Virus record (IMG/VR): IMGVR_UViG_3300011338_000749
Coordinates: 1-59,895 of that record
Origin: a virus
Lineage: Duplodnaviria > Caudoviricetes
Direction: 5' to 3' (one strand)
Length of the DNA stretch: 59,895 bases
The position numbers were made by a program, and so were the translations under genes. The notes beneath the pieces were generated by a model that saw only the letters and a list, made by a program, of their open reading frames with translations, made no database searches and was not told where the DNA came from. Positions 9,496 through 19,459 of the stretch are shown here, in pieces (within the stretch, counting starts at the first letter, position 1; every line of letters starts with the position of its first letter).

Positions 9496-9999
9496 TCACG
9501 GCTGTGTAGGCCAGTCGATAGTCCAAGGGAAACCAGCTTGTGCCGTGACATCGCGCAGAGCCTGACGGTACGTTGCCCATGCTGCCTTATCCGCAGTGCT
9601 GTCGGCAATCTGAGTCCAGTCAGAGTCAGACAAACGCTTTGTCCGGTCATCCCGTACAGACTTGGCCTGCTCTGTGTCCTTCATGGCTTTGTACGCAGCC
9701 TCTTGTTCAGCAGCGGTTTTGGCAGGCTCGGTGTCGGTTGCAGGGCGGTCAGTAAACACTGGGCCAGCGATGTACTTGGTGTACCACTTGCCGTCAAGTT
9801 GCTCTACGCCTGCCCGTTGACTGAATTGATACGGCGGGGTGGTTGTGGCTTGTGGGCCTTCCAGCACGATGTCGCCACCGTACTGGTTGATAAATTCCTC
9901 GGTCAGCGGCGTACCAAAGACAGCCCCTTGAGTCTGCGCGTAGGTGCGGAACTCGCTGTCATATACCACTGCGCCTGTTTGTCTGATTCGGATTTCCAT
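9496..9999 (-). CDS. Tail fibre assembly chaperone
   Basis: C-terminal R..RL..SDWTQ..D...WATYRQALRD...FP..IDWP motif; follows a fibre gene. Confidence 0.8.
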   Translation of the reverse strand: MEIRIRQTGAVVYDSEFRTYAQTQGAVFGTPLTEEFINQYGGDIVLEGPQATTTPPYQFSQRAGVEQLDGKWYTKYIAGPVFTDRPATDTEPAKTAAEQEAAYKAMKDTEQAKSVRDDRTKRLSDSDWTQIADSTADKAAWATYRQALRDVTAQAGFPWTIDWPTQP

Positions 10000-10008
10000 G
10001 ATGAGTCC

Positions 10009-12078
10009 TTATGCTATAGCCAAGAAGATGTAGCTTGCTCCGTTTGTATTAACAGCTTCTTCTGGAGAAGCTAACAATTGAAAACCTGTTGCTATTGTCA
10101 AAACACTTTCGCTATATCTTTCTGCGGCTGTTGTGTTTAATGCTAATGATGGGTCATTACTGTAGCCAGCAACCATACCTCGTGCGGTATCCCAAACAAA
10201 CCAATTACCTGCACTGTCTGTTCTCTTAATTAAAACAAATCTTGCACCACCTGTAAATCCACAGTTAATAGTTCTTAAAGCAGCATTTCCTGTGTAGGAA
10301 CCAACTTTGGAAACACCAGCGCAAGTTGCAAACAAATAAGCTACATAAGTATTACCTGATGCGTTGTTAAAAGCGGAATCACCAGTTCTAAAAGTAGTAG
10401 ATGTAGGCGCAACATCGCCCCACATATTGTTACCAGTTTGTTTTGCTTGAGAATCTAATAAATTTAAATCCCAAGTAGGTTCAGAAGATAAACCAACATT
10501 CCATTCATCATATATGCTGCCGTAACTACCAGCAGTTCCAGACCTTCTTTTGACTATAAAAAGCTCAGGAATTACAGTTAAATTATGGTTTATATCTCTA
10601 TTATTATTTCCATCCCCCGTATAGCAAACCACATCAAAGAAGCCGGGGGCGCGGCGGAACAAGTAGTTGATATATGTATTTGCGCTTGCATTTGTAATTG
10701 TTGATGTTGTTCCAACTTTGACACCATCCATTACATCCCAAGGATTTGCTTGAAGTATTGTTACCCCTGCCGCTACTTCTGCCGCAGTAGATGAAGTTAC
10801 AAGGTAACCTGTACCAGTGAGCCTTGACGAAAATAAAGATGCTACTGCTGAACCACGATTCTTAATTAACACAGCATCATCAGTCTGACCACCAGTAACA
10901 ATCGCATTTGCACCAGTACCTGCTCTAGCAGATAAACCAAACACACTCGTCCCCAGCGTAGGCACTTTCATCGGGCCACGGCGTATGGCTATGTAGATGT
11001 AGGACTGGCTTGGAGCGCCACTAATCGTGGAAGTAAAGCCTGTTGCTGTGGGCGAGAAGATGTCGCCAAGGTTTGTTTCAGCGCCAGATGTGTTTAGAAA
11101 TAAAAGTGCATCGCCCACTGAGCCAACAGTCAGGCCGCGCATGTTGTCCACCAGCCACCAGTTTTCGGGCGATGATGTGCGCTTAACTAGCAACCACTGC
11201 GGCTCGTATCCAAGCGTCACTGTTGCGTTGCCAGAACCATCCGCAGTAAACGACCCACACGAAATCACATTGTCCGTACCAGTCAGGCCAAAGCCGCCTG
11301 CGTCATGGGCGAAGAGATAGGCGACGTAAGTGCCGCCAGATGCGTTAACACTTGCATTAGTGCCTACACTAAAGACTGATGATGTAGGGGTTGTGCTGTT
11401 CCACCATGTTGCGCCTGTTGCCGCCGCCGCTGTGGTGTTAAGAACAAGGTATTGCGTATTGGCTAAACTGCGGTGGTAGACCGCCCAAGCTGCTGTTGTA
11501 TCTGTACGCTTAACAATAATGCTACCCGGCACTGCGCCAAGGTTGTGAGCAATGGTTGTGTTTGAACCCGTCCCCGTATACGTCACAACATCAAAGAACT
11601 TTGGTTGCTCTCGGAATGTCCATGAGGCGTAGGTAACAGCACTTAAATTTTGAGCGCCAACCCCAAAACTTGCATCAAGAGTAAAACCACTTGTTGTAAA
11701 CCCCGTAAAAGTATCTGTGGTTGCTGCGCCAGTTGTGTTTGACTGCAATTGTTTAGATGTACCTACGCCACGAGCGGTATCACTCAGAGCATGACTTTGC
11801 CCACTAGAACGGTCTTTCAACCAAACTAATCCACCGTAAGTTGAGGTGTCAATCCCCGTGGTGATGGTCTGTGTAGAGCCGTTGCCTGTGTAAAGGTACG
11901 TGCTGAACACATCCTCGATGTAGTTGGGCGATAGGCCCGCCGTAGGCCAGATGCCTTGCTGTTGGTACTGCAACTGTTGGTCGAGCGTCCAGATACCGGG
12001 CGCTGCGCCTGTGTCAAATGGCCCAGTAGGAGTCGCTGGGTTCTTGGTGATGACACCGCCGGGGTAGCGTTCAGACAT
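10009..12078 (-). CDS. Tail fibre/receptor-binding protein with YTG repeats
   Basis: Repeated FDVVxYTG...HNLG..P..IIVKR...YVAYLFA modules; Thr/Gly rich; patchy GC. Confidence 0.75.
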   Translation of the reverse strand: MSERYPGGVITKNPATPTGPFDTGAAPGIWTLDQQLQYQQQGIWPTAGLSPNYIEDVFSTYLYTGNGSTQTITTGIDTSTYGGLVWLKDRSSGQSHALSDTARGVGTSKQLQSNTTGAATTDTFTGFTTSGFTLDASFGVGAQNLSAVTYASWTFREQPKFFDVVTYTGTGSNTTIAHNLGAVPGSIIVKRTDTTAAWAVYHRSLANTQYLVLNTTAAAATGATWWNSTTPTSSVFSVGTNASVNASGGTYVAYLFAHDAGGFGLTGTDNVISCGSFTADGSGNATVTLGYEPQWLLVKRTSSPENWWLVDNMRGLTVGSVGDALLFLNTSGAETNLGDIFSPTATGFTSTISGAPSQSYIYIAIRRGPMKVPTLGTSVFGLSARAGTGANAIVTGGQTDDAVLIKNRGSAVASLFSSRLTGTGYLVTSSTAAEVAAGVTILQANPWDVMDGVKVGTTSTITNASANTYINYLFRRAPGFFDVVCYTGDGNNNRDINHNLTVIPELFIVKRRSGTAGSYGSIYDEWNVGLSSEPTWDLNLLDSQAKQTGNNMWGDVAPTSTTFRTGDSAFNNASGNTYVAYLFATCAGVSKVGSYTGNAALRTINCGFTGGARFVLIKRTDSAGNWFVWDTARGMVAGYSNDPSLALNTTAAERYSESVLTIATGFQLLASPEEAVNTNGASYIFLAIA

Positions 12079-12334
12079 TGGTAGACTCCACAGGTTTTTC
12101 AGCTACCGACCATGTAGTCTGCCACACTTCATTTGCTTTAAAAGGGGCAGATTCCACGATGTACTGGGTATCTTTACATTGGGTAGGTATTGGCTGCTGT
12201 TCTACTTTGGCATAGGTAGCAGGGCATGGGAAAGCTGTCCCGGTCAACGCCTTATCAATGTCTGGATACTCAAGGCGAATGTCGCCTTCATGACGAGGGT
12301 ACTCCAAAGTCGCAAGTTTTATGTATATGCTCAT
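12071..12334 (-). CDS. Small fibre-associated chaperone-like protein
   Basis: Translationally coupled between two fibre genes; ends with a WQTTWSV motif. Confidence 0.6.
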   Translation of the reverse strand: MSIYIKLATLEYPRHEGDIRLEYPDIDKALTGTAFPCPATYAKVEQQPIPTQCKDTQYIVESAPFKANEVWQTTWSVAEKPVESTNV

Positions 12335-13938
12335 AAGGTTGCCGTTGTTAGCCCGAGGGTTGAAGTTTGTGTGCTGGCTGATTGGTTAGACGTAGATAGC
12401 GTAAGTGCTGAAGGGCTTAATGAGAGGCTTGTAACGGTAGGGCTTAGTGCGCTGCTAGAACCCGAACCGTTTGAGTAAATTGCGCTTATAGACCCACAAG
12501 TCAACGTACCTTGCAATGAACCATCGGTTGGTAGAATAAATGCAACTGTGTAGAGGTCTTCAGAAGCGTAGTTACCAGAAATAATCATTTTATCTCCAGA
12601 TATGGTAATGGAATATCGCGCAACTAATTGGTATGCCGTATTTGTAGCAAGCAGCCGCTGCCACTGTAAGTTACCTGAAGAGTCATATTTTGCAATCAAA
12701 CTTTCTGTTGAGCTAGTACGGGAACCTAGTACGTATATATTACCTGCACTGTCAAATGCTAAAGAACGAAATTGCGCTGTTACGCCAATGTATAAACCCT
12801 GCATCCATTGATATGTACCTGTAGAATCAAATTGGGCAATGAATGCGCAGGTTGTAGCGCCGCTGTTTTGCCCAACTATATAGTGCTTAGAGTTAACAGG
12901 CTCAAAACCTCCGTTGTGAGCATATGTACCATTTAATTGGATTCTATTATTTGTTAATGCTACGTTTGCACCAGATGAATCTAATTTTCCTAATATTGCA
13001 AATCCACTATTGTCATTACTAGCGTATACAAATACATTACTTGACCCATCAATATATAAATTTTTTGGATTAACTGTTAGCCCTGTACTTAATTGCTTTG
13101 CCCATTGCGCCGTTCCAGAAGAATTTATTTTAATAACGACTGGGTATTCTGTAGCGCCATCAGTCCAATAAGATGCGCCGTATATATTACCTGCGGTATC
13201 AGCAACCATTCTTGGGAATTGGTTGCCACTAACGGTATAACCACTAATGGCAAGACGGTACTGTGCTAACACCGTGCCTGAAGTATTTAAGACTGTCCAA
13301 TCTCTTGTACTTCCCCCGTATATATTTGTGCCGTTATAGTAAACACTTGTTATAGTGTTAAAACCTCCCGATACAAATGACTTTTTATACACAAGACTGC
13401 CCGATGGTGTGTATGATACAAAAGTGTCCCCCACCCCATTTTGCAGTGTAAATAAATAAATATTACCTGAAGAGTCTACAAGATTAAATTGCCTTGTTGC
13501 CTCAGATGCTGGTGTCATCTGCACCATAAAATTTATAGGGGCTGCTGCTGTTGTAATGCTGTTACTAGCTGCACTAGCTGGGCCAGTTCCACCGGGGGTA
13601 GATGCGACAACAGTAAATGTGTATGAGGTGGAGCCAGACAAACCACTAACTGTGATTGGAGATGTACCTGTACCCGTCAAACTGCTAGGGCTTGATGTAG
13701 CTGTGTATCCAGTAATACCACCCGAACCCGTATCAGAAGGGGCTGTAAACGCAACCGTAGCTGTCTGATAGGTAACCGCAGTAGCAGTCCCAATCGTAGG
13801 AGCGCCGGGGCTACGAGGCCACACACTCGCACCCACAGACTGAAACTGTTGTTCAGCCGTCCAGATACCTTTAGCCGTACTGGTTGACGTTGTTGGTGCA
13901 GTGGCAGAGATGACCCCGCCTTTGTAGCGCATCGACAT
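12331..13938 (-). CDS. Receptor-binding protein: FN3 domain plus beta-propeller-like repeats
   Basis: PGAPTIGTATA...FTAP..TG...ITGYTATS..GL...TSYTFTV FN3 pattern; DSSGNIY/KYDSSGNLQWQR repeats; AT-rich distal part. Confidence 0.75.
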   Translation of the reverse strand: MSMRYKGGVISATAPTTSTSTAKGIWTAEQQFQSVGASVWPRSPGAPTIGTATAVTYQTATVAFTAPSDTGSGGITGYTATSSPSSLTGTGTSPITVSGLSGSTSYTFTVVASTPGGTGPASAASNSITTAAAPINFMVQMTPASEATRQFNLVDSSGNIYLFTLQNGVGDTFVSYTPSGSLVYKKSFVSGGFNTITSVYYNGTNIYGGSTRDWTVLNTSGTVLAQYRLAISGYTVSGNQFPRMVADTAGNIYGASYWTDGATEYPVVIKINSSGTAQWAKQLSTGLTVNPKNLYIDGSSNVFVYASNDNSGFAILGKLDSSGANVALTNNRIQLNGTYAHNGGFEPVNSKHYIVGQNSGATTCAFIAQFDSTGTYQWMQGLYIGVTAQFRSLAFDSAGNIYVLGSRTSSTESLIAKYDSSGNLQWQRLLATNTAYQLVARYSITISGDKMIISGNYASEDLYTVAFILPTDGSLQGTLTCGSISAIYSNGSGSSSALSPTVTSLSLSPSALTLSTSNQSASTQTSTLGLTTATL

Positions 13939-13951
13939 GGTGCTACCCCAA

Positions 13952-14347
13952 TTAAGACGTTATGACTTCGTAGCTGATGGTGTAGGTCAACGCGCTTGCT
14001 GTACCTGAAGTGATGGAGATGGAATTGCCCTCCATCAAGTAGACGGCTGTAGTCTTATCTACAGCAATCAGCGAAGCATTGGCAGGAACAGACACTGCTG
14101 ACACGATAGGGTAAGCCGTACCACCAGAAGGAGCAGAGCCTTGAGCCACAGCGCCGTTTGAGTACACGGCCACCGTAGTATTTGCCGCAGAAGCCGTGGT
14201 GTTTGCCACAACAATCTGGTTAATCTTAAACACCGTGCCGCTTGAGGCGGCGTTAGGTACAAGAACAACTGCGGATGTACCACTGGGGGTGTAGTAGGTT
14301 GTCGTGCCAAGAATGGACGTTACGTTGACTATATTCGGGTTTGCCAT
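13952..14347 (-). CDS. Virion structural protein
   Basis: MANPNIVNV start with SD; beta-rich, ends ISYEVI; in the tail cluster. Confidence 0.7.
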   Translation of the reverse strand: MANPNIVNVTSILGTTTYYTPSGTSAVVLVPNAASSGTVFKINQIVVANTTASAANTTVAVYSNGAVAQGSAPSGGTAYPIVSAVSVPANASLIAVDKTTAVYLMEGNSISITSGTASALTYTISYEVITS

Positions 14348-14356
14348 GATTTTTCC

Positions 14357-15154
14357 TTACAGACCGAAGATGATTGAGAAAGCGATTGCTTGGCCCTTGC
14401 TTGCGCCAGAAGCCGCAGGTGTTTGGAAAGTGGGCGCAACTCCGGGGCCATTTGAAGTCAACACTTGGGCCGCAGTCCCTACAGCAGTTGACGTTGGAAC
14501 AGCGCCTGCGCCACCACCAAGGACAACACCATACTGAGTCAACGCCCCTGACGATGCCAATGTGCCAGTGGCTGTGTAGGCTAAAACACCACCAGAAGTT
14601 CCTGCCGTTAAAGCCGTACCACCATTGGCAACGGGCAGTGCCGTACCGGAGTAGGTCATTGCCAATGTGCCGCTGCTTGTAATTGGGCTACCAGTAACAC
14701 TGAAGATGCTTGGGACTGTAGCCGCAACGCTTGTGACGCCATCTGCCACACTCGTAGACACTTTAACAAAGTCAGAGCCGTTCCATGCACAGAGCGCTTT
14801 CTCGCCCGTTACAAGTGTCACCCCAGTGGTGGGGCCAGCGCCTCGGATAACAACAGAGCCAGTACCTGCGTTGATGACAATATACGCTTTACTCTGTGCT
14901 GGGGCCGTGATATTTCGGGTGGTTGCGCCGTTGCTGGCAGTCCATAGGATGACCGCGTTACGAGCCTGATTGTCCGCACCGTTGGTTGTGGTTAGCGTGA
15001 CATCTGCGTCTGCTGAAAGCGTGACCGTACCTGCAACGGCATCATCAAGCAAATCAGTGATTGCGGTGTTGACCGTGGTTCCCCATGTGCCGGATAGATC
15101 ACCTGTGGTCGGCAATGCCAAACCGAGGAGAGGGGTAAAATTTGTTACTGCCAT
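14357..15154 (-). CDS. Proximal tail fibre protein
   Basis: LGLALPTTGDLSGTWGTTVN N-terminus; LPVANGGT fibre repeat. Confidence 0.7.
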   Translation of the reverse strand: MAVTNFTPLLGLALPTTGDLSGTWGTTVNTAITDLLDDAVAGTVTLSADADVTLTTTNGADNQARNAVILWTASNGATTRNITAPAQSKAYIVINAGTGSVVIRGAGPTTGVTLVTGEKALCAWNGSDFVKVSTSVADGVTSVAATVPSIFSVTGSPITSSGTLAMTYSGTALPVANGGTALTAGTSGGVLAYTATGTLASSGALTQYGVVLGGGAGAVPTSTAVGTAAQVLTSNGPGVAPTFQTPAASGASKGQAIAFSIIFGL

Positions 15155-15165
15155 ATCATCATCCT

Positions 15166-15711
15166 TTACACAGTCATTGGCACATTTTGCCAGTTTGGAG
15201 TACCGCTGTCATCAATCACTGACCAATAAAAATAGTTTGCCGTACCTACCTGCCCCTGCGCGGACACGCCAGTAAGTGCCACTGTCCTGCTTGTAGACGC
15301 AATAGAACCTACGCTACCTGCTCCTGTCACGCTTGACAAGAACGCCACATAAGCAAAATCTACAGTTCCCACGCCACCCGATGCAGCCACGCCTGTAAGC
15401 GCCACTGTACGGACAGAACCAACCGTACCTACCTGCCCCTGCGCAACAACACCATCTTCTGTGGGACTGCTTGTCTCTACAACATTTCCCGTTTCGCCAG
15501 CAGCAAATACGCCAGTGAGCGCCACGGTTCGCGCGCCCATGCTTACCGAACCAACTGCACCCGATGCGTTTACCCCTGTAATTGGTACAGGAAACTCAAC
15601 CGACGCAGTCATTGTGCCTACGGCACCGGCGGCGCTATTCCCGGCTATCTCCGACTGGGAGCCGCCCCAAGTAAATTCACCCCAAGTGCCATCGCCCCAT
15701 CCGGTTGCCAT
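15166..15711 (-). CDS. Virion protein with VALTGV.A.G.VG repeats
   Basis: GWG.G.WG...WGG N-terminus; internal repeats; AGGAG SD. Confidence 0.7.
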   Translation of the reverse strand: MATGWGDGTWGEFTWGGSQSEIAGNSAAGAVGTMTASVEFPVPITGVNASGAVGSVSMGARTVALTGVFAAGETGNVVETSSPTEDGVVAQGQVGTVGSVRTVALTGVAASGGVGTVDFAYVAFLSSVTGAGSVGSIASTSRTVALTGVSAQGQVGTANYFYWSVIDDSGTPNWQNVPMTV

Positions 15712-15735
15712 AATCCGGCTCCTTTACGAAGCCTA

Positions 15736-16212
15736 TTAGGTTGTTGCCAAACGAATTAGCGCGGTGCTTGTCGCGTTTGCAGGCATGGTCAACGTGAACG
15801 TACCAGCAGTCACCGTCTGTGAACCAAAGGTATGGACACTCACCGCTTTATTGCTCTGCGTCGAGTTATAGATCAACACGGCGTCAAACGCTGTGGCCAA
15901 GGTCACGGTGGTGTATGTGATACTGGCCGAAGGCGTGACAAACGCCACGCCTGCTGTCGCGGAACTGTTGGTGGCAGTTGGAACAGTTCCCATAGTTACT
16001 GCTACACCACCCGCCGTGTACCCAGTACCAGATACTTCGCCTGTGGCGGCATAAGCAGTGGTAGCTGCGTTGTACGTAGCTGTTGTCAGATACAAAGCTG
16101 CTTTGAACGAATCAACAGCCGATGTACCCCGCGTAGGTGCAACACCAAAGTTGTGGGTCGCGGTCATCAACTCGCCCATAAAGCTAGTCGTCATCGCTTG
16201 TGTATTAGCAAT
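15736..16212 (-). CDS. Virion/tail protein (possible ATT start at 16212; first ATG at 16194)
   Basis: ATT-GCT-AAT-ACA-CAA-GCG-ATG preceded by GAAGGGA; KAALY..EVSGTGYTAGG; paralog of 16901..17317. Confidence 0.7.
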   Translation of the reverse strand: MANTQAMTTSFMGELMTATHNFGVAPTRGTSAVDSFKAALYLTTATYNAATTAYAATGEVSGTGYTAGGVAVTMGTVPTATNSSATAGVAFVTPSASITYTTVTLATAFDAVLIYNSTQSNKAVSVHTFGSQTVTAGTFTLTMPANATSTALIRLATT

Positions 16213-16681
16213 AATAGTTCCCTTCTTGGGCTATGCCCATTTGACGTTTATGTGATCGAATAGCGCTAATGTGGCTTTGAGAAACACCTAAAAAATCCGC
16301 AATTTCTTGTTGCACCCCGTTTGTTGCTTTGACCCACGCAACCTGCGCATTCGTCAGTTTAGCCCGACCATGAGTCTCACCAAAACGCATACGCTTTTTG
16401 TTTTTTGCATCCTGCATGTTCTCTTTTCTCGTGCCCAAAGACAGATGTGTTGGGTTTACACAGGCGGGCGTGTCACATGCATGCATGACATCCCGTTCAT
16501 CCAAAGTTCCACAAAAAAGCCTGTACGATGCACGATGCGCAAGCACATGTCTTTCAGGCGTTCTGAAAAGTCCATATCCGTTTTTCATGCGGTACGCCGT
16601 CCAAAGCCAACAGCCGTTTTCCGCTTTGTTGACCTTCGCCATAAAGCGTTCAACCTCTGGCATGTGCGGTTTCCCTGCCAT
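16205..16681 (-). mobile_element. Free-standing HNH homing endonuclease
   Basis: CWLWT...GYG...AHRASY...VMHACDTPACVNPTHL..GT..EN..D motif plus C-terminal HTH. Confidence 0.9.
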
Positions 16682-16691
16682 GATTGGCTCC

Positions 16692-16886
16692 TTAATTAAA
16701 AGATGCGGCTTCTACCGCAGAACTTACGTTTTTCTTAAGGGCCACGTGCGCGGAACGGTGCACAAGCTCCCCCTCCAACCAGTACTCAACCCAAGTCGTG
16801 TACTCGTTATCATTATCGACGAAACCCTCCCGCTTCTCAAGCAGGGAATCATCCATTTCACCTTTGGTGGTTGTGATCATGGTCAT
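16692..16886 (-). CDS. Small conserved hypothetical protein
   Basis: ITTTKGEMDDSLLEKREG..DNDNE.T.WVEYW..GELVHRSAHV; in operon. Confidence 0.7.
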   Translation of the reverse strand: MTMITTTKGEMDDSLLEKREGFVDNDNEYTTWVEYWLEGELVHRSAHVALKKNVSSAVEAASFN

Positions 16887-16900
16887 ATTTGTTTTCCTGT

Positions 16901-17317
16901 TTAGCTGATTCGGATAAGAGCGTTGTCTGCGTTATTGGGCGGAAACTGTATTTGGAACTGCTGGCTCAACATGGTCTGATCCAAACCAAAATTCAATACG
17001 CCCACAGAACGGTCGCTTTTAGATGAGTTGTAAATCAGCGCACCACGCGTGGTAAAAGTTGCAGCGTTCCATGCCGGGTTATTAAAGGACACATACGCAG
17101 TCCCGCCCGTGCGCGTCACAACAACGCCTGTCAGTACTTGGCCCGCAGCCGTATAACCGACACCTGATACCTCACCAGCGGTGGTATACACCAGCGTAGT
17201 GGGGCCCAGCTCGGCAGCAGACGTATACAAAGCAATCTTCATCACATCCACGCTGAAATCGTGCAGACCCAGCAGGAGCTGCTCTTTAAAACTGTTGGTC
17301 AATCCGGCTGTGATCAT
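16901..17317 (-). CDS. Virion/tail protein
   Basis: SFKEQLLLG.HDF..KIALYT..EVSG.GYTA..GALIYN; GAGGT SD. Confidence 0.75.
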   Translation of the reverse strand: MITAGLTNSFKEQLLLGLHDFSVDVMKIALYTSAAELGPTTLVYTTAGEVSGVGYTAAGQVLTGVVVTRTGGTAYVSFNNPAWNAATFTTRGALIYNSSKSDRSVGVLNFGLDQTMLSQQFQIQFPPNNADNALIRIS

Positions 17318-17320
17318 GGG

Positions 17321-18166
17321 TTACCTCACCGGGAGCTTGACTTGGCCATCTTGGTAGGCATCGCCGCGTTGTTTGCCGTCGCCCAAGTTCTTGAGCAGGC
17401 CCAGCGCCTCTTTGTATTTGCCATCGTAAAGAGCCATCATGTCCTGTTCGCCCTTCATCCATGTGTAGGCTTCAACGAGAGAGCCGTACAAAAGGACGCT
17501 ATCGAAATTGTCGCCAAGCCATGAAGTATTTGCCGTGACAATCGATGCTGGGTAGTAGTAAAAATGAAGCTCAGCGTTGTAGTCAATATCTGGAGTGGGA
17601 CCAACAATAAAGGTCAGCTCATTGACGTTGTTAATGTTGGGGCCAAAGATGGCATAGTATTTTGGCGTGGCACGCTGCATGGGATTAGGATATGCCTCGC
17701 GCATGTAGTTGACATCGCGATTCAGCAGGTAAATGTAGTCACCCTGAAACTGCACAGTACCTGACACAGTACCTGTGTTGGCTGCAGAGAGCGTGACCGT
17801 GGTGCCCACAACCAGAGTTACTACTGCACCTGTGCCAATATTATTGCCAGAAGCATACATCCCCTTTGTGATATTGCTGGCACTGGCAACAACGATGGTA
17901 TACAGGCCTGTGGCCCCTGTCGCAGTTGTTGAGGGAGCCGCGTAGATAGCCAAAGAGTATGCAGAGAGAAAATCAAAAGGACACGGGATGTACTTATTGC
18001 CCGCTTGTAGATTTCCGGTCATATTCCTGCGCAGATTTGCAATCTGAACAGAGTTGTATATACGCTGCTCTGCTTGGCGTACAAACACCGGTATCTCGGC
18101 AATAAAGTCCGAGTCGGTGTTGTTGGTATATGCCTCAATGGCATCGCGCAGTTCGGTGTAATTCAT
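17321..18166 (-). CDS. Head-tail adaptor/tail tubular-like protein
   Basis: MNYTELRDAI..Y; PKYYA..GPTPD; LLYGSLVEAY motif. Confidence 0.65.
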   Translation of the reverse strand: MNYTELRDAIEAYTNNTDSDFIAEIPVFVRQAEQRIYNSVQIANLRRNMTGNLQAGNKYIPCPFDFLSAYSLAIYAAPSTTATGATGLYTIVVASASNITKGMYASGNNIGTGAVVTLVVGTTVTLSAANTGTVSGTVQFQGDYIYLLNRDVNYMREAYPNPMQRATPKYYAIFGPNINNVNELTFIVGPTPDIDYNAELHFYYYPASIVTANTSWLGDNFDSVLLYGSLVEAYTWMKGEQDMMALYDGKYKEALGLLKNLGDGKQRGDAYQDGQVKLPVR

Positions 18167-18495
18167 GTGATGCTCGTTGTGACCGTTCCAAGCATGGCTC
18201 CAGCCGCCAAAGGCCTTGCAGGCGGCATTGGCTGCATACCGATACTAGCAAAAGAAGTGTCCACTGTGAAGCCTACATACACGGTAACGCCCATCCGGGC
18301 CTCAGGGCGGGGCTCTAGGAGGGCTTGGGGCTCGTTAATCGTGCGCTTGGGCTCCAACTGAGGGTGCTTGGGCTCGTAGCACTCATCGCAGACCTTAAAG
18401 CCCGTCCATTCTTTCTTGAGGACGTTGAGCTTAAAGCGCTGGCCACATTGGTCGCACAGCGCAATTGCATACTTGCCTCCGGCGTACCCAGCCAT
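18163..18495 (-). CDS. Zn-ribbon-like hypothetical protein
   Basis: CDQCG...CDECYEPKHPQL; coupled to both neighbours. Confidence 0.7.
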   Translation of the reverse strand: MAGYAGGKYAIALCDQCGQRFKLNVLKKEWTGFKVCDECYEPKHPQLEPKRTINEPQALLEPRPEARMGVTVYVGFTVDTSFASIGMQPMPPARPLAAGAMLGTVTTSIT

Positions 18496-19175
18496 CAGTA
18501 GTTCCCCATGTAGGTGGGCACAGCAAAGTAGCTGGACCGCTCACGATCCTCTGCCGCCGCGCGCGCAAACTCTTCCTCGTAGAACTGCTTAAGGATCTGG
18601 ATGCGATCCGGAGCCTTCTTGATGGCCAAGTAGTACGCCAAGCCCGCAATCAAGCAGGGCAGGAACCTGAAGGATATGTCTGCCGTATTGGTAAACGCCC
18701 CGGTCTCTTCGATGCGGCGGATGCCGTAGTAGCGAAAGATGTATTGCTGCGTGGCGTCGGGAGCAGGGTACAAGAACAGCTTGGCCGGGACCGTGCGCTG
18801 GACATAGTACTGCGCCGGGCGCGATGGGGTGTACTTGTTGGGCACGTGCAGATACTCTGCGCTGCCGATGCGGTCAATCGTGATGTCCTGCTGGTTGGAC
18901 GTACCAGCATTGGTACGAATCACTGCTGACAAGGCATCTACCGTATCAGTAGGCAGCGTGTACTCGTGCACGTTGGCCGTCAAAACCACCTCATGCTGCT
19001 CAATTGTCCACAGGTTTAGGCCGCGATTGGCCCACTCTGCAAACATCACATTGAGCGACCGGCGCGCCGTCCTGGCATCGTAGCCATCCCGAACCTGGAG
19101 GCCGCAGCGCTCGTACGCTTCGAGGATGATCTCGTCGAAGTCAGGGTTGTAGGAAGAGACGCCAGAGGTGGCCAT
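18495..19175 (-). CDS. Head-tail adaptor-like protein
   Basis: EAYERCG..ARRSLN.MFAEWANRGLNLWT; RP.QYY; AGLAYYLA. Confidence 0.65.
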   Translation of the reverse strand: MATSGVSSYNPDFDEIILEAYERCGLQVRDGYDARTARRSLNVMFAEWANRGLNLWTIEQHEVVLTANVHEYTLPTDTVDALSAVIRTNAGTSNQQDITIDRIGSAEYLHVPNKYTPSRPAQYYVQRTVPAKLFLYPAPDATQQYIFRYYGIRRIEETGAFTNTADISFRFLPCLIAGLAYYLAIKKAPDRIQILKQFYEEEFARAAAEDRERSSYFAVPTYMGNY

Positions 19176-19178
19176 AAA

Positions 19179-19439
19179 TTAATAAATTTTGGCAGAGCGG
19201 GCACGTGCAGCGCCTACGCCGCGAACTTGTACACGATCACCAGTGACCGACTTCTTGACGTTCTGGGTCAAGGTTGTGGCTGTGGGGCCTGCTGCGTCAG
19301 AACCCGAAGCGCTCATCTTTCCGCCCTCGGGCACACCAGACATGGCCATACCGCCTTTGGCCATCTTTTTCATAGCCGAGTCTTTCATCATTTTGCCGCC
19401 AGGCATCTTGTGCATGCCGCCTTTATTCATTTTGTTCAT
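19179..19439 (-). CDS. Small Lys/Met-rich protein with repeated xxKGG motifs
   Basis: MNKGG, MPGG, MAKGG, PEGG; C-terminal RGVGAA; AAGGTG SD. Confidence 0.7.
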   Translation of the reverse strand: MNKMNKGGMHKMPGGKMMKDSAMKKMAKGGMAMSGVPEGGKMSASGSDAAGPTATTLTQNVKKSVTGDRVQVRGVGAARARSAKIY

Positions 19440-19459
19440 ACCGTCACCTTTTAGAAGTT

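Noticed and set aside
10009-13938. Diversity-generating retroelement acting on the fibres
   Set aside because: No reverse transcriptase and no adenine-specific template/variable repeat pair seen
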